From positions 24,964 to 80,203 of the forward strand of contig CAZKRA010000001.1 of NCBI GenBank assembly GCA_964555095.1: a DNA stretch of 55,240 bases, given 5' to 3'. This document shows positions 37,100 through 45,749 of the stretch, in pieces. The notes under the pieces are model-generated. The model saw nothing but the letters and a program-made list of their open reading frames with translations, was not told the origin of the DNA and searched no databases. The translations under genes were made by a program, and so were the position numbers. The DNA comes from an uncultured Candidatus Saccharibacteria bacterium. GTDB taxonomy: Bacteria > Patescibacteriota > Minisyncoccia > Minisyncoccales > CAYPLZ01. How positions within the stretch are numbered: the stretch's first letter is position 1; each line of letters starts with the position of its first letter.

Positions 37100-37447
37100 A
37101 TGCCTTTTTTAGAATTACATCTTACAAACCCATTAGAATTTGGAAGTCTTTTTTTTAGTCTTTTTTTAGCGATGATGCATATCCCTATTATAATTGGCTT
37201 TGGAACAAGTACTTTTTTAATAATAAAATATCTTAGAAAATATTATGGCGAAAGACCAATTCCGGATGAATGGAGATATTTTTGGTTAGCTATGTTATGG
37301 GGAACACTTCATCAATTAATTGAGGTTCCTATTATTTATCAATGGGCAGTTGGAAAAGCATTAATTATTGCCTTTATTTTTATTCAAATTGTAGGAGGCA
37401 TTTATTTAATTAAAGGAAGCTATCTTTTATCTAAAAAATATCAATAA
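37100..37447 (+). CDS. Small membrane protein (115 aa), paralogue of 36671..37096
   Basis: See the shared motif above. Both end in GG-I-L/Y-x-G-x-YLL-x-K. Confidence 0.5.
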   Translation: MPFLELHLTNPLEFGSLFFSLFLAMMHIPIIIGFGTSTFLIIKYLRKYYGERPIPDEWRYFWLAMLWGTLHQLIEVPIIYQWAVGKALIIAFIFIQIVGGIYLIKGSYLLSKKYQ

Positions 37448-37482
37448 TGTATTTATTAATTAAAAATTAAATATTTGAAACA

Positions 37483-38028
37483 ATGGAAGAATTAATGAAA
37501 AATTTAGAAAAAGATGTTCAAAAAATAATTAGAGGGGAAGAATTAGCTCCAATTAGAAAAGAAATGGGAGATAAAGTAGACATAAGACTAATAAGAATGA
37601 TTATTTTTTCTCTTCAAGAAGCATCAACAGGATATAAGTCAGCTTTAAGATTTGCTGGTATGAAATTGGGAAAAAGAATGGGAACAAATTCTAGTAAGTC
37701 AGAAATTTCTTTAACCTTAGAAGAGATTAAAACAATTATAGAAGCTTTTAAAGGAGGGAAAGTAGAGGTTGGAATTTCTGATACTAAAAAACAAGCAACT
37801 TTAAAGATTTCTTCTTGTTATTTAGGACATAATACTCCTAATACAGATCAATCTTTATGTTATTTCGAAGAAGGATTTATAGAAGGATATATTGAGGGGG
37901 CTATTAAAAAGATAGGAACTTTAGCAGTTGCAGAAAAAGAGAATGGTGTTACTAATGTAAACGTTAATGAGGTAAAATGCTGTGGAAAAGGAGATGAGAT
38001 ATGTGAATTTGAAATTAATTTTAAGTAA
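37483..38028 (+). CDS. V4R (4-vinyl reductase)-like small-molecule-binding domain protein
   Basis: CYFEEGFIEGYIEGAIKKIG...VNEVKCCGKGDEICEFEINF matches the V4R C-terminal Cys pattern (C-F-x-G-x3-G ... E-x-C-x3-GD-x2-C-x-F). Confidence 0.55.
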   Translation: MEELMKNLEKDVQKIIRGEELAPIRKEMGDKVDIRLIRMIIFSLQEASTGYKSALRFAGMKLGKRMGTNSSKSEISLTLEEIKTIIEAFKGGKVEVGISDTKKQATLKISSCYLGHNTPNTDQSLCYFEEGFIEGYIEGAIKKIGTLAVAEKENGVTNVNVNEVKCCGKGDEICEFEINFK

Positions 38029-38052
38029 TAAAAGTTAAAATAATAAAGAATA

Positions 38053-38418
38053 ATGGATAAAAAAATATTAATAGTTGAAGATGAGAAAGTATTATTGAGC
38101 TTACTAAAAGATAGACTTAAAAAGGAAGGATATATAGTTTCCACTGCTGAAAATGGAGAAGTGGGATTAGAAAAAATTAGAAAAGAGCATCCAGACTTAA
38201 TTCTACTCGATATTATTATGCCAAAAATGAATGGAATACAACTCTTAGAACGAAAAAAAAGGGAAGGAAAGATCAAGGATATTCCTGTAATAATTATTTC
38301 TAATTCTGGCCAACCAGCTGAAATAAACAAGGTCAAAAAGTTGGGAGCTAATAATTGGTTAATTAAAACAGAGTTTAATCCTCAAGAAGTAATTAGAAAA
38401 GTTGAAGAAATAATATAA
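38053..38418 (+). CDS. Single-domain response regulator (receiver only)
   Basis: ILIVEDEKVLL...DLILLDIIMPKMNG...IPVIIISN...WLIKT. Confidence 0.85.
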   Translation: MDKKILIVEDEKVLLSLLKDRLKKEGYIVSTAENGEVGLEKIRKEHPDLILLDIIMPKMNGIQLLERKKREGKIKDIPVIIISNSGQPAEINKVKKLGANNWLIKTEFNPQEVIRKVEEII

Positions 38419-38509
38419 TTGCAAAGGAAGGGTTTCTATTGTAAAATGGTAGAAACAAGGGAATATATATCTCTTTTAAATAATAAAATAAATTGGCTAT
38501 CTAAGAAAA

Positions 38510-38917
38510 ATGGACAAAAAAATATTAATAGTTGAAGACGACCGTTTTTTAAGAGAACTCATATCTAAGAAGTTAAACGCAGAAGAAGAATATAATATTG
38601 TTCAAGCTGTAGATGGTGAATCAGCGATTGAAAAAATTAAAGAAGAACAGCCAGACTTAGTTTTACTTGATTTAATTCTTCCGGGAATTGATGGATTTGA
38701 GGTATTAAGTAAAGTTAAAAATGATCCTGAATTAATGAAAACTCCTGTGGTAATTCTATCTAATCTTGGGCAAAAAGAAGAAGTTAATAAAGGGTTAGAA
38801 CTAGGAGCAATTGATTTTTTAGTAAAAGCTCATTTTACTCCTGGGGAAATAATTAAAAAAGTAAAAAAATTTTTGAAAGAGAATATTAATGAAAAAGATA
38901 AAAAAACTGAAGGATAA
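38510..38917 (+). CDS. Single-domain response regulator (receiver only)
   Basis: ILIVEDDRFLR...DLVLLDLILPGIDG...TPVVILSNLG...FLVKA. Confidence 0.85.
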   Translation: MDKKILIVEDDRFLRELISKKLNAEEEYNIVQAVDGESAIEKIKEEQPDLVLLDLILPGIDGFEVLSKVKNDPELMKTPVVILSNLGQKEEVNKGLELGAIDFLVKAHFTPGEIIKKVKKFLKENINEKDKKTEG

Positions 38918-38945
38918 AGTAAAAAGAACAAAAAATAGAGCTTCA

Positions 38946-38986
38946 AAAAAGGTACATAACTAATAAAGTGTGTACCTTTTATTTTT
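38946..38986 (+). terminator. Rho-independent terminator ending the signalling operon
   Basis: ggtaca-taactaataaagtg-tgtacc followed by ttttattttt. Confidence 0.55.
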
Positions 38987-39105
38987 AAAAATTAATTAAA
39001 ATAATTACAAATAATCTAAAATTTATCTTTCCAGCAAATTGTTGGGGAGAATAATTCTTAATAAAAATTAAGAAAGTAAATAAATTTAATTTGTAAAATA
39101 AATTT

Positions 39106-39972
39106 ATGCCTGAATTGCCTGAAGTTGAAACAATTGTAAATTATTTAGGAGACAAAATAATTAATTTAAAGATTAAGAAATTTTGGACTGATGCTAAAAA
39201 ACTAATTCGTCATCCTGATTTTAATACTTTTGAAAAAGAAATAATAGGTAAAAAAATTAAAAAAGTTAGAAGAAAGGCTAAATATATTTTAATTGATCTA
39301 AGTGAAGAAAAAACTTTATTAGTTCATCAAAAATTAACTGGGCATCTTCTACTTGGGCACTGGATTTTAGAAAATAGTAAGCCAATTCCAAAAGAAGACA
39401 AATTAAAAGATAAAGACAATCAGTACATTCATATTTTATGGTGGTTTGATAATGGCTTAATGATGGGGTTATCGAATTTAAGAAAGTTTGCAGAAGTAGA
39501 ATTGTGGGATACTAAAAAATTGGAAGGCTTAAAAAAGCTTAAAAAATTAGGACCAGAACCCTTAACTAGTGAATTTACCTTTTCTCTTTTTAAAAAACAA
39601 TTAAAAGGAAGAAAGAAAAATATTAAAAAATGCTTATTGGACCAAGAAATTGTTTCTGGGATAGGGAACATTTATTCTGATGAGATACTATGGGATGCCA
39701 AAATTAATCCTTTTAGAGGGATAAGAGATTTAAAAGAAAGAGAACTAAAAATAATTTTTAAATCTATTGAAAAAATACTTAAAAAAGCAATTGAACTTAA
39801 AGGAGAGAGTTTTAGTGATTATAGAATGCCAGATGGAGGGAAAGGAAATTATGATAAGTATAGAAAAGTTTATAAAAAGGAAGGAGAAAAATGTCCCAGA
39901 GGAGGCGGGATAATTAAAAGAAAGAAAACAGGAGGAAGGTCGGCTCATTATTGCCCCAAATGTCAAAAATAA
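39106..39972 (+). CDS. mutM: Formamidopyrimidine-DNA glycosylase (Fpg/Nei family)
   Basis: MPELPEVETI, H2TH region, C-terminal zinc finger CPRGGG...YCPKCQ. Confidence 0.85.
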   Translation: MPELPEVETIVNYLGDKIINLKIKKFWTDAKKLIRHPDFNTFEKEIIGKKIKKVRRKAKYILIDLSEEKTLLVHQKLTGHLLLGHWILENSKPIPKEDKLKDKDNQYIHILWWFDNGLMMGLSNLRKFAEVELWDTKKLEGLKKLKKLGPEPLTSEFTFSLFKKQLKGRKKNIKKCLLDQEIVSGIGNIYSDEILWDAKINPFRGIRDLKERELKIIFKSIEKILKKAIELKGESFSDYRMPDGGKGNYDKYRKVYKKEGEKCPRGGGIIKRKKTGGRSAHYCPKCQK

Positions 39973-39973
39973 T

Positions 39974-40918
39974 ATGATACTTTTTCTTTATGGAGAAGAT
40001 ACTTATCGCTCCAAGCAAAAATTAGAAGAGGTAGTAACTGGATATAAAAAAACCCATGGAAGTGGGCTTAATTTTGAAATAGTTGATTTAAAAAATAGTA
40101 GTTATGAAAAATTTAGAAGTAATTGTTCTTCTGTATCAATGTTTGAAGAAAAAAAACTTATTATCCTTAAAAATTCTTTTGAGAATAAAACATTTCAGGA
40201 AAATTTTTTAAAAGAAAAAGAGAGATATCTAGACTCAGAAAATATTATAGTTTTTTATTCAAAAAAGAAGGGGGATAAAAGGAAGAAATTTTTTAAATTT
40301 CTTAATAACAAAACTAAAAAACAGGAATTTAAATTACTTAAAGGAAAGAAACTTAATAGGTGGATTAAGCAAAAAATAGAAGAGAAAGGAAGCGAGATAA
40401 CATCAGATGCTTTAGAAAAACTTGTTGAATATGTTCAAAATGATCTTTGGCGGGCAAGTAATGAAATTGAAAAAATAGTTAATTATAAAAATAAAGGGAA
40501 GATAAAAAAAGAAGATATATTACTTTTAGTTAAACCAAAAATAAAAACTGATATTTTTAAAACTATTGATGCTATTGCTAATCAAAATAAAAAGAAAGCC
40601 TTCAAATTAATACATAAACATTTAGAAGATGGTGATTCTCCTTTATATCTTTTATCTATGATTAATTACCAATTCAGAAATTTAATTATAATCAAAGACT
40701 TAAAAGAGAGAGAAGTTGCTTATCCTAGATTTAAAAAAGAAACAGGACTTCACCCTTATGTTATAAAAAAAAGTACTTCTCAAATAAAAAAATTTAATCT
40801 TAAAGAGCTAAAAAAAATCTACAATCGAATATTGATTGTAGACCGTAAAGTTAAAACAGGAAAGATAAATTCAGAAACAGGATTAGATCTTTTAATTGAA
40901 GAAATTATTAACTATTAA
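39974..40918 (+). CDS. holA: DNA polymerase III delta subunit
   Basis: MILFLYGEDTYRSKQKLEEVV. 314 aa. LWRASNEIEKI and FKTIDAIANQNKKKAFKL are typical of delta. Confidence 0.7.
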   Translation: MILFLYGEDTYRSKQKLEEVVTGYKKTHGSGLNFEIVDLKNSSYEKFRSNCSSVSMFEEKKLIILKNSFENKTFQENFLKEKERYLDSENIIVFYSKKKGDKRKKFFKFLNNKTKKQEFKLLKGKKLNRWIKQKIEEKGSEITSDALEKLVEYVQNDLWRASNEIEKIVNYKNKGKIKKEDILLLVKPKIKTDIFKTIDAIANQNKKKAFKLIHKHLEDGDSPLYLLSMINYQFRNLIIIKDLKEREVAYPRFKKETGLHPYVIKKSTSQIKKFNLKELKKIYNRILIVDRKVKTGKINSETGLDLLIEEIINY

Positions 40919-41165
40919 TCTTTTTAGCTAGTTGGGATTTTTTTCTAGAGGCTTTGTTTTTAGAAATTACATTCTTTTTAGCGGCCTTGTCTATTACTTT
41001 ATAAACTTGAGGAAGTTCTTTTTTAGCCTCTTTTATTTCCCCATCCTTAACTAAGGATTTAAAGTTTTTAATCTTTCTTTTTATTTTATTCTTAATATTG
41101 AGATTTCTTTCTCTCCTTTTTTTATTTTGTCGTAATGCTTTTTTAGCTGCGTTTGTAATTGGCAT
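40908..41165 (-). CDS. rpsT: 30S ribosomal protein S20
   Basis: MPITNAAKKALRQNKKRRERNLNIKNKIK. Confidence 0.9.
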   Translation of the reverse strand: MPITNAAKKALRQNKKRRERNLNIKNKIKRKIKNFKSLVKDGEIKEAKKELPQVYKVIDKAAKKNVISKNKASRKKSQLAKKINS

Positions 41166-41267
41166 TTTAATTTAGATTACTTATAATTTATTCTAAAATT
41201 TTGTATTTTAACCATAGCAATAATTTAATACTTCGTCAATAATTATTATTTAATACTATAAAATAAT

Positions 41268-42563
41268 GTGATAAGGTTAGAAAAGATGAAAAAAATAATT
41301 AAAAAAATAATCCCAGAAACTTTTATTAATTGGTATCATTTTTGTGAAACTCTAATTGGTGCTATTTTATATGGTTTTCCAGGATATAATAAAAAAATAA
41401 AAATTATAGGGGTTACAGGAACAAATGGAAAAAGCACTACAGTTTATCTAATTTCAAAAATTTTAGAAGAAACTGGATTTAAAGTTGCTTCTTTTTCTTC
41501 AGTTAAATCAAAGATTGGGGAAAAAGAGGAAGTTAATATGCTTAAAATGACAATGCCGGGACGGTTTATTTTGCAGGAGTTTATTAAAAAAAGCATTAAA
41601 GAGAACTGTAATTATATTATTTTAGAAGTAACCTCAGAAGGGATTAAACAATTTAGACATTCTTTTATTAAGTTTGATGGAGCAGTATTTACAAATTTAA
41701 CTCCTGAGCACATAGAATCACATGGATCTTTTGAAAATTATAAGAAAGCCAAAGGAAAATTATTTGCAATTTCTTCTTTGAATATTATTAATTTAGATGA
41801 TAAGAATGCTAACTTTTTTATAAATCAATCTCCAAAAAAAGTGATAGGATATACTCTTCAAAAAGACTCTAAAAAGGATTTTCCTGTAATTTCAGGGGGA
41901 AAAGAAAAAGTAGATAGCAATAGAATTAGATTTAAAGTTAAAGGCGTAGAAATAGAAGTTCCAATACTAGGAGAATTTAATATAATGAATTCTTTAGCTG
42001 CAATAACCTTTGCCTTTTCTCAAAAAATAGGGGTTGAAAAATGTAAAAAAGCTTTAAAAAATATTAAAGGAATCCCAGGAAGAATGGAATTAATTAAGAG
42101 AGAACCCTTCCCAGTTATTGTAGATTATGCTCACACTCCTGATTCTCTAGAAAAAGTATATCAATCAACTGATAAGCTTTATAACAAGAAGAAAATTTGC
42201 GTTTTAGGTTCTTGTGGAGGAGGAAGAGATAAATGGAAAAGAGATAAGTTAGGTAAGATAGCTAATAATTATTGTGAAAAAGTAATTATTACCAACGAAG
42301 ATCCTTATGATGAAAAGCCAATTCAGATTATTAATGACGTAGCAAAAGGAGTAGAAAAAGAAAAACTATTAAAGATAGAAAATAGAAAAGAAGCTATAGC
42401 TAAAGCAATAAGAATGGCAAATTCTAATAATGTAGTAATAATTACAGGGAAAGGAGCAGAGCCTTTAATGTGTGTGGCTAATGGCAAAAAAATTGAATGG
42501 GATGATAGAGAAATAGTCAAAAATAGCTTTAAAAAATTAAAGATTAAAAACCATTATGACTAA
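41268..42563 (+). CDS. murE: Mur ligase, MurE-like (short N-terminus)
   Basis: GVTGTNGKSTT, TSEGI, VIVDYAHTPDSLE. GTG start at 41268, or ATG at 41286. Confidence 0.75.
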   Translation: MIRLEKMKKIIKKIIPETFINWYHFCETLIGAILYGFPGYNKKIKIIGVTGTNGKSTTVYLISKILEETGFKVASFSSVKSKIGEKEEVNMLKMTMPGRFILQEFIKKSIKENCNYIILEVTSEGIKQFRHSFIKFDGAVFTNLTPEHIESHGSFENYKKAKGKLFAISSLNIINLDDKNANFFINQSPKKVIGYTLQKDSKKDFPVISGGKEKVDSNRIRFKVKGVEIEVPILGEFNIMNSLAAITFAFSQKIGVEKCKKALKNIKGIPGRMELIKREPFPVIVDYAHTPDSLEKVYQSTDKLYNKKKICVLGSCGGGRDKWKRDKLGKIANNYCEKVIITNEDPYDEKPIQIINDVAKGVEKEKLLKIENRKEAIAKAIRMANSNNVVIITGKGAEPLMCVANGKKIEWDDREIVKNSFKKLKIKNHYD

Positions 42564-42644
42564 GAAATTTATTTCTTAGCAAGTTGAAGACAAGCAATTA
42601 ACATAGTATTAAAAGAAAAATTAAAGATTAAAAACCATTATGAC
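42532..42644 (+). repeat. Perfect 29-nt direct repeat: the murE 3' end is duplicated as the RBS/start region of the next gene
   Basis: aaaaattaaagattaaaaaccattatgac occurs at 42532-42560 and 42616-42644. The 55-nt spacer contains the palindrome taagaaat-tt-atttctta. Confidence 0.95.
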
Positions 42645-43584
42645 AATCAAACAAATTTACAAATTAGCAATAGAAAAAGGAATAGAGGCAGATTTTAGAG
42701 GAGAAAAAGAGATAAAAGAAAAGATTGAAAGAGCACAAGATAGATATGAAAAAATGGAAGATAAAGAAAAAGAAAAATTTGACAAGGAAAAGCTAGAAAA
42801 TCCTTATTCTGACACTAGAATTCATTATGGAGAGAAAGATAAGAAAGTAAAGAAAGTTTTAGTTGGGATTGATATTAAAGGGAGCGAATTGCTTTTAGCA
42901 GATAAAATGGGAGACATCGATCTTGTAATTTCTCATCACCCATTAGGAAGTGCTTTAGCAGGCCTAGATGATGTAATGGATTTACAAATTGATGTTTTAA
43001 AACAATATGGAGTTCCAGTTAACATAGCAGAAAAACTTATTGAAAAAAGAATGTCAGAAGTGGCTAGGGGGGTTTCTTCTGCTAATCATAATAGAGTAGT
43101 AGATATAGCAAGATTGCTAGGGATACCTTTAGTTAATATTCATACTCCTTGTGATAATCTAGTAGCTAAGTTTGTAAGAGATAAAATTGAAGAGGGGAAA
43201 CCAAAATTCATAAAAGACTTAATGGATATCCTTTATAAAATTCCTGAATACAAGAAAGCAACTCAAACTAATGCTGGTCCCGAAATATTTGTTGGTAATA
43301 AAAAAAGTAGAACTGGGAAAATAGTTCTTACTGAAATTACAGGAGGAACAGAAGGATCTCCAGAAATTTATGAAAAACTTGCCCAAGCAAAAGCAGGAAC
43401 AGTAGTAGGAATGCATATGTCAGAAAAGCATAGAAAAAAAGCTAAAGAAGCTCATATTAATGTAGTTATTGCTGGGCATATTTCTTCAGACTCAATTGGA
43501 GTTAATCTACTACTTGATCAATTAGAAAACAAAGGAGTAGAAGTAGTTCCTTGCGGAGGACTAATTAGGGTTTCTAGAAATTAA
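42640..43584 (+). CDS. NIF3-family (GTP cyclohydrolase 1 type 2-like) dinuclear-metal protein
   Basis: DLVISHHPLG and the later GHISSD are consistent with the NIF3 family. Confidence 0.55.
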   Translation: MTIKQIYKLAIEKGIEADFRGEKEIKEKIERAQDRYEKMEDKEKEKFDKEKLENPYSDTRIHYGEKDKKVKKVLVGIDIKGSELLLADKMGDIDLVISHHPLGSALAGLDDVMDLQIDVLKQYGVPVNIAEKLIEKRMSEVARGVSSANHNRVVDIARLLGIPLVNIHTPCDNLVAKFVRDKIEEGKPKFIKDLMDILYKIPEYKKATQTNAGPEIFVGNKKSRTGKIVLTEITGGTEGSPEIYEKLAQAKAGTVVGMHMSEKHRKKAKEAHINVVIAGHISSDSIGVNLLLDQLENKGVEVVPCGGLIRVSRN

Positions 43585-43587
43585 ACC

Positions 43588-44436
43588 ATGGAAGGTAAAG
43601 AAAAGAAATTTAATCTCCAGACTTTATTTTTTGAAAGTCTTTTGTACTTCTTAACTTTAGGTATTGGCATATATTCTACTTTTAAAGTAAGAAAAATTTT
43701 TGAAGAGGAAAAATTTGTAATGCAAGAACCTTCTCTATGGAGGGTTCTTGTTAGCTTTGGGATAATTACCTTAATAATTGTTGCAATATCTTATTTTAAA
43801 AAGATGAAAAAAAGTAGGAAAGTAGTTTTTAAAGGAGCTTTTATAATAGCTATTTTTTGGGGGTCTTTATTTTTGTTTAGCTTATATTTGCCTCTTTGGC
43901 CTCTTTTAACCTTAGTAGGAGGATTGATTGGATTATGGTTAATAAGTCCAAAAATTTGGCTCCATGATTTACTTATTATATTTGGTTTAGCAGGAGCAGG
44001 AACCGCAATGGGGGTTAGTTTTTCTCCTTTAAGTATTGTTATTTTACTTTTAATTTTTTCTGTCTATGATGTTATTGCAGTTTATAAAACAAAACATATG
44101 GTAAAGATGGCAAAAGAAATGATTGGAGCTAATGCAATTATTGGCTTTGTTGTTCCTAAAAGACTAAAAGGATTTAAAGAGGATCTTAAAAAAGTAAAAC
44201 CAGGAGGGCAATTTATGATTATTGGAGGAGGAGATATTGTTTTTCCTTTAGTTTTTTGTGCTTCTCTGACTAATGTAGGATTAACTGAGACTCTTATTGT
44301 TTTAATTTTTTCCTATTTTGGGCTTCTTGTAAGCTATATTACTTTTACTTCTCAAAAAATAAAGAAAGCTATTCCAGCCCTTCCTCCTATAGCATTACTT
44401 TCTATTTTGGGATATCTTCTAACTTTATTTATTTAA
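43588..44436 (+). CDS. Presenilin / signal-peptide-peptidase-type (A22) intramembrane aspartyl protease homologue
   Basis: All three family motifs appear in TM context and in the right order: FSVYDVIAVYKTKHM (YD), IIGGGDIVFP (GxGD), IPALPPIA (PAL). About 8-9 TM. Confidence 0.8.
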   Translation: MEGKEKKFNLQTLFFESLLYFLTLGIGIYSTFKVRKIFEEEKFVMQEPSLWRVLVSFGIITLIIVAISYFKKMKKSRKVVFKGAFIIAIFWGSLFLFSLYLPLWPLLTLVGGLIGLWLISPKIWLHDLLIIFGLAGAGTAMGVSFSPLSIVILLLIFSVYDVIAVYKTKHMVKMAKEMIGANAIIGFVVPKRLKGFKEDLKKVKPGGQFMIIGGGDIVFPLVFCASLTNVGLTETLIVLIFSYFGLLVSYITFTSQKIKKAIPALPPIALLSILGYLLTLFI

Positions 44437-45060
44437 ATGAATTTAGTTTATCTTTTTATTTTTATAGTCACCTCCTTTGCACTTAATCAGGTTTGGAGGT
44501 CTATTTTATCAAATAGGTTTTATTATTTTTTAATAGTGCCAGGAATGATAGTGCATGAGTTGTCTCATATTCTAGGCTGTTTTTTAGTTGGGGCTAAAGT
44601 AAAAGAAGTTAAGCTTTTTTCAAAGAAAGGAGGCTATATTGTCCATAAAAAACCGAAGCTTCCCTTATTAGGGAAAATTATAATTGCTTTAGCCCCGATT
44701 ATTGTTGGAAGTATTATATCTCTAATGATTTCTAAAAATTTGGGATTAAGTATAACTAATTTTGAAATAGAGAAACTAGTTACTATTAAATTTTGGGTAT
44801 TTTTTATTATAGTGACCTCTATTCTAATTGAAATGATACCTTCTAAAGCAGATCTTAAAAATGCAATTGGAGGCTTTGTTCTAATTACAGGAATAGGAGG
44901 ACTACTTTATTGGTTGGGATGGAGCAATCTGTTTTCTTCCTTTATTTCAAATCCTGGAATAGAAAAATTTCTTTTTCTAATGGTTTCTTTAGAGTCTTTT
45001 CTCTTAATTTTAAGCTTACCCTTTTACTTAATTAGAGCTATTTTTTCCCACTGTAAATAA
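44437..45060 (+). CDS. Polytopic membrane protein with HExxH motif (putative intramembrane zinc metalloprotease)
   Basis: PGMIVHELSHILGCFLVG at a TM boundary. The ATG directly abuts the TAA of the presenilin-like gene. Confidence 0.45.
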   Translation: MNLVYLFIFIVTSFALNQVWRSILSNRFYYFLIVPGMIVHELSHILGCFLVGAKVKEVKLFSKKGGYIVHKKPKLPLLGKIIIALAPIIVGSIISLMISKNLGLSITNFEIEKLVTIKFWVFFIIVTSILIEMIPSKADLKNAIGGFVLITGIGGLLYWLGWSNLFSSFISNPGIEKFLFLMVSLESFLLILSLPFYLIRAIFSHCK

Positions 45061-45738
45061 GTTACTTTGATTGCTATTAGGACGGGAAATTTTTCCTAAT
45101 TTTTCTATAGTAAAGTTTGCTTCTTTAAATAAATTTCTTAGTTCTCTTTTTGAAAAAATATGATAATATCTTTGGATTGTTTTTTCTCCTCTTTTCCAAG
45201 GATAGTAGATATCTTTAAACCCTAATTTAGTTTTTCCAATTAATCTCAAAAGAGTATATTTCAAAAGTAACTTCTTACCCTTTTTAGTTTCTAAAAGATT
45301 CCATACTGTTACTACTAAATTACCATTTGGCTTTAAAACTCTTTTTACTTCTTTCAAAAATTGCAACCTTAATTCTTTAGAAGGGAAGTGGTGAAAAACT
45401 GCAAAAGAATAAATTGTATCAAAAATATTATCTTTAAAGGAAAGACTTAAAGCATTTTCTACTTTAAAATTAGCTTTAGGATATTTTTCTTTAGCTATTT
45501 TAATTAAATTTTCTGAAGCGTCTACGCCGGTATAGTCAATAGTATTATCAAAAGCTTCAAAAAAACGACCATTTCCACAGCCAAGATCTAAAACTTTATC
45601 ATTTTCTTTAGTATATTTTTGAATAAGAAAATGCATCTCTTCCCAAATAGAGTATCTTGTTCTTGAAAAATCTTTTGCAATATCGTTATAATCTTTATAA
45701 ACTTTGTCTAGTAGTTGTTTTGCGTAATTTTTATTCAT
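45028..45738 (-). CDS. Class I SAM-dependent methyltransferase
   Basis: VLDLGCGNGRF (motif I), DTIYSFAVFHHF, LKPNGNLVV. Confidence 0.8.
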   Translation of the reverse strand: MNKNYAKQLLDKVYKDYNDIAKDFSRTRYSIWEEMHFLIQKYTKENDKVLDLGCGNGRFFEAFDNTIDYTGVDASENLIKIAKEKYPKANFKVENALSLSFKDNIFDTIYSFAVFHHFPSKELRLQFLKEVKRVLKPNGNLVVTVWNLLETKKGKKLLLKYTLLRLIGKTKLGFKDIYYPWKRGEKTIQRYYHIFSKRELRNLFKEANFTIEKLGKISRPNSNQSNLFTVGKNSSN

Positions 45739-45749
45739 AAAATAAATAA

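Noticed and set aside
2564-38336. Other long overlapping or antisense ORFs in the track. Examples: 1841..2095, 2564..2962, 4308..4757, 6475..6741, 7274..7589, 8359..8577, 9538..9864, 10933..11202, 11354..11632, 12825..13477, 13791..14108, 14608..14847, 16415..16726, 18858..19266, 27385..27717, 28109..28348, 29024..29434, 30135..30762, 34359..34568, 35389..35646, 37860..38336
   Set aside because: Each lies inside a longer ORF that has recognisable motifs or coherent TM/domain structure. Their compositions are low-complexity (F/L/S/I/K-rich). None has a convincing Shine-Dalgarno sequence.
38419-38509. Hairpin GTTTCTA-(11 nt)-TAGAAAC between the two response-regulator genes, considered as a terminator
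   Set aside because: No U-run follows it and the stem is short and AT-rich. It may be an RNA processing or attenuation site, but the evidence is insufficient to annotate.
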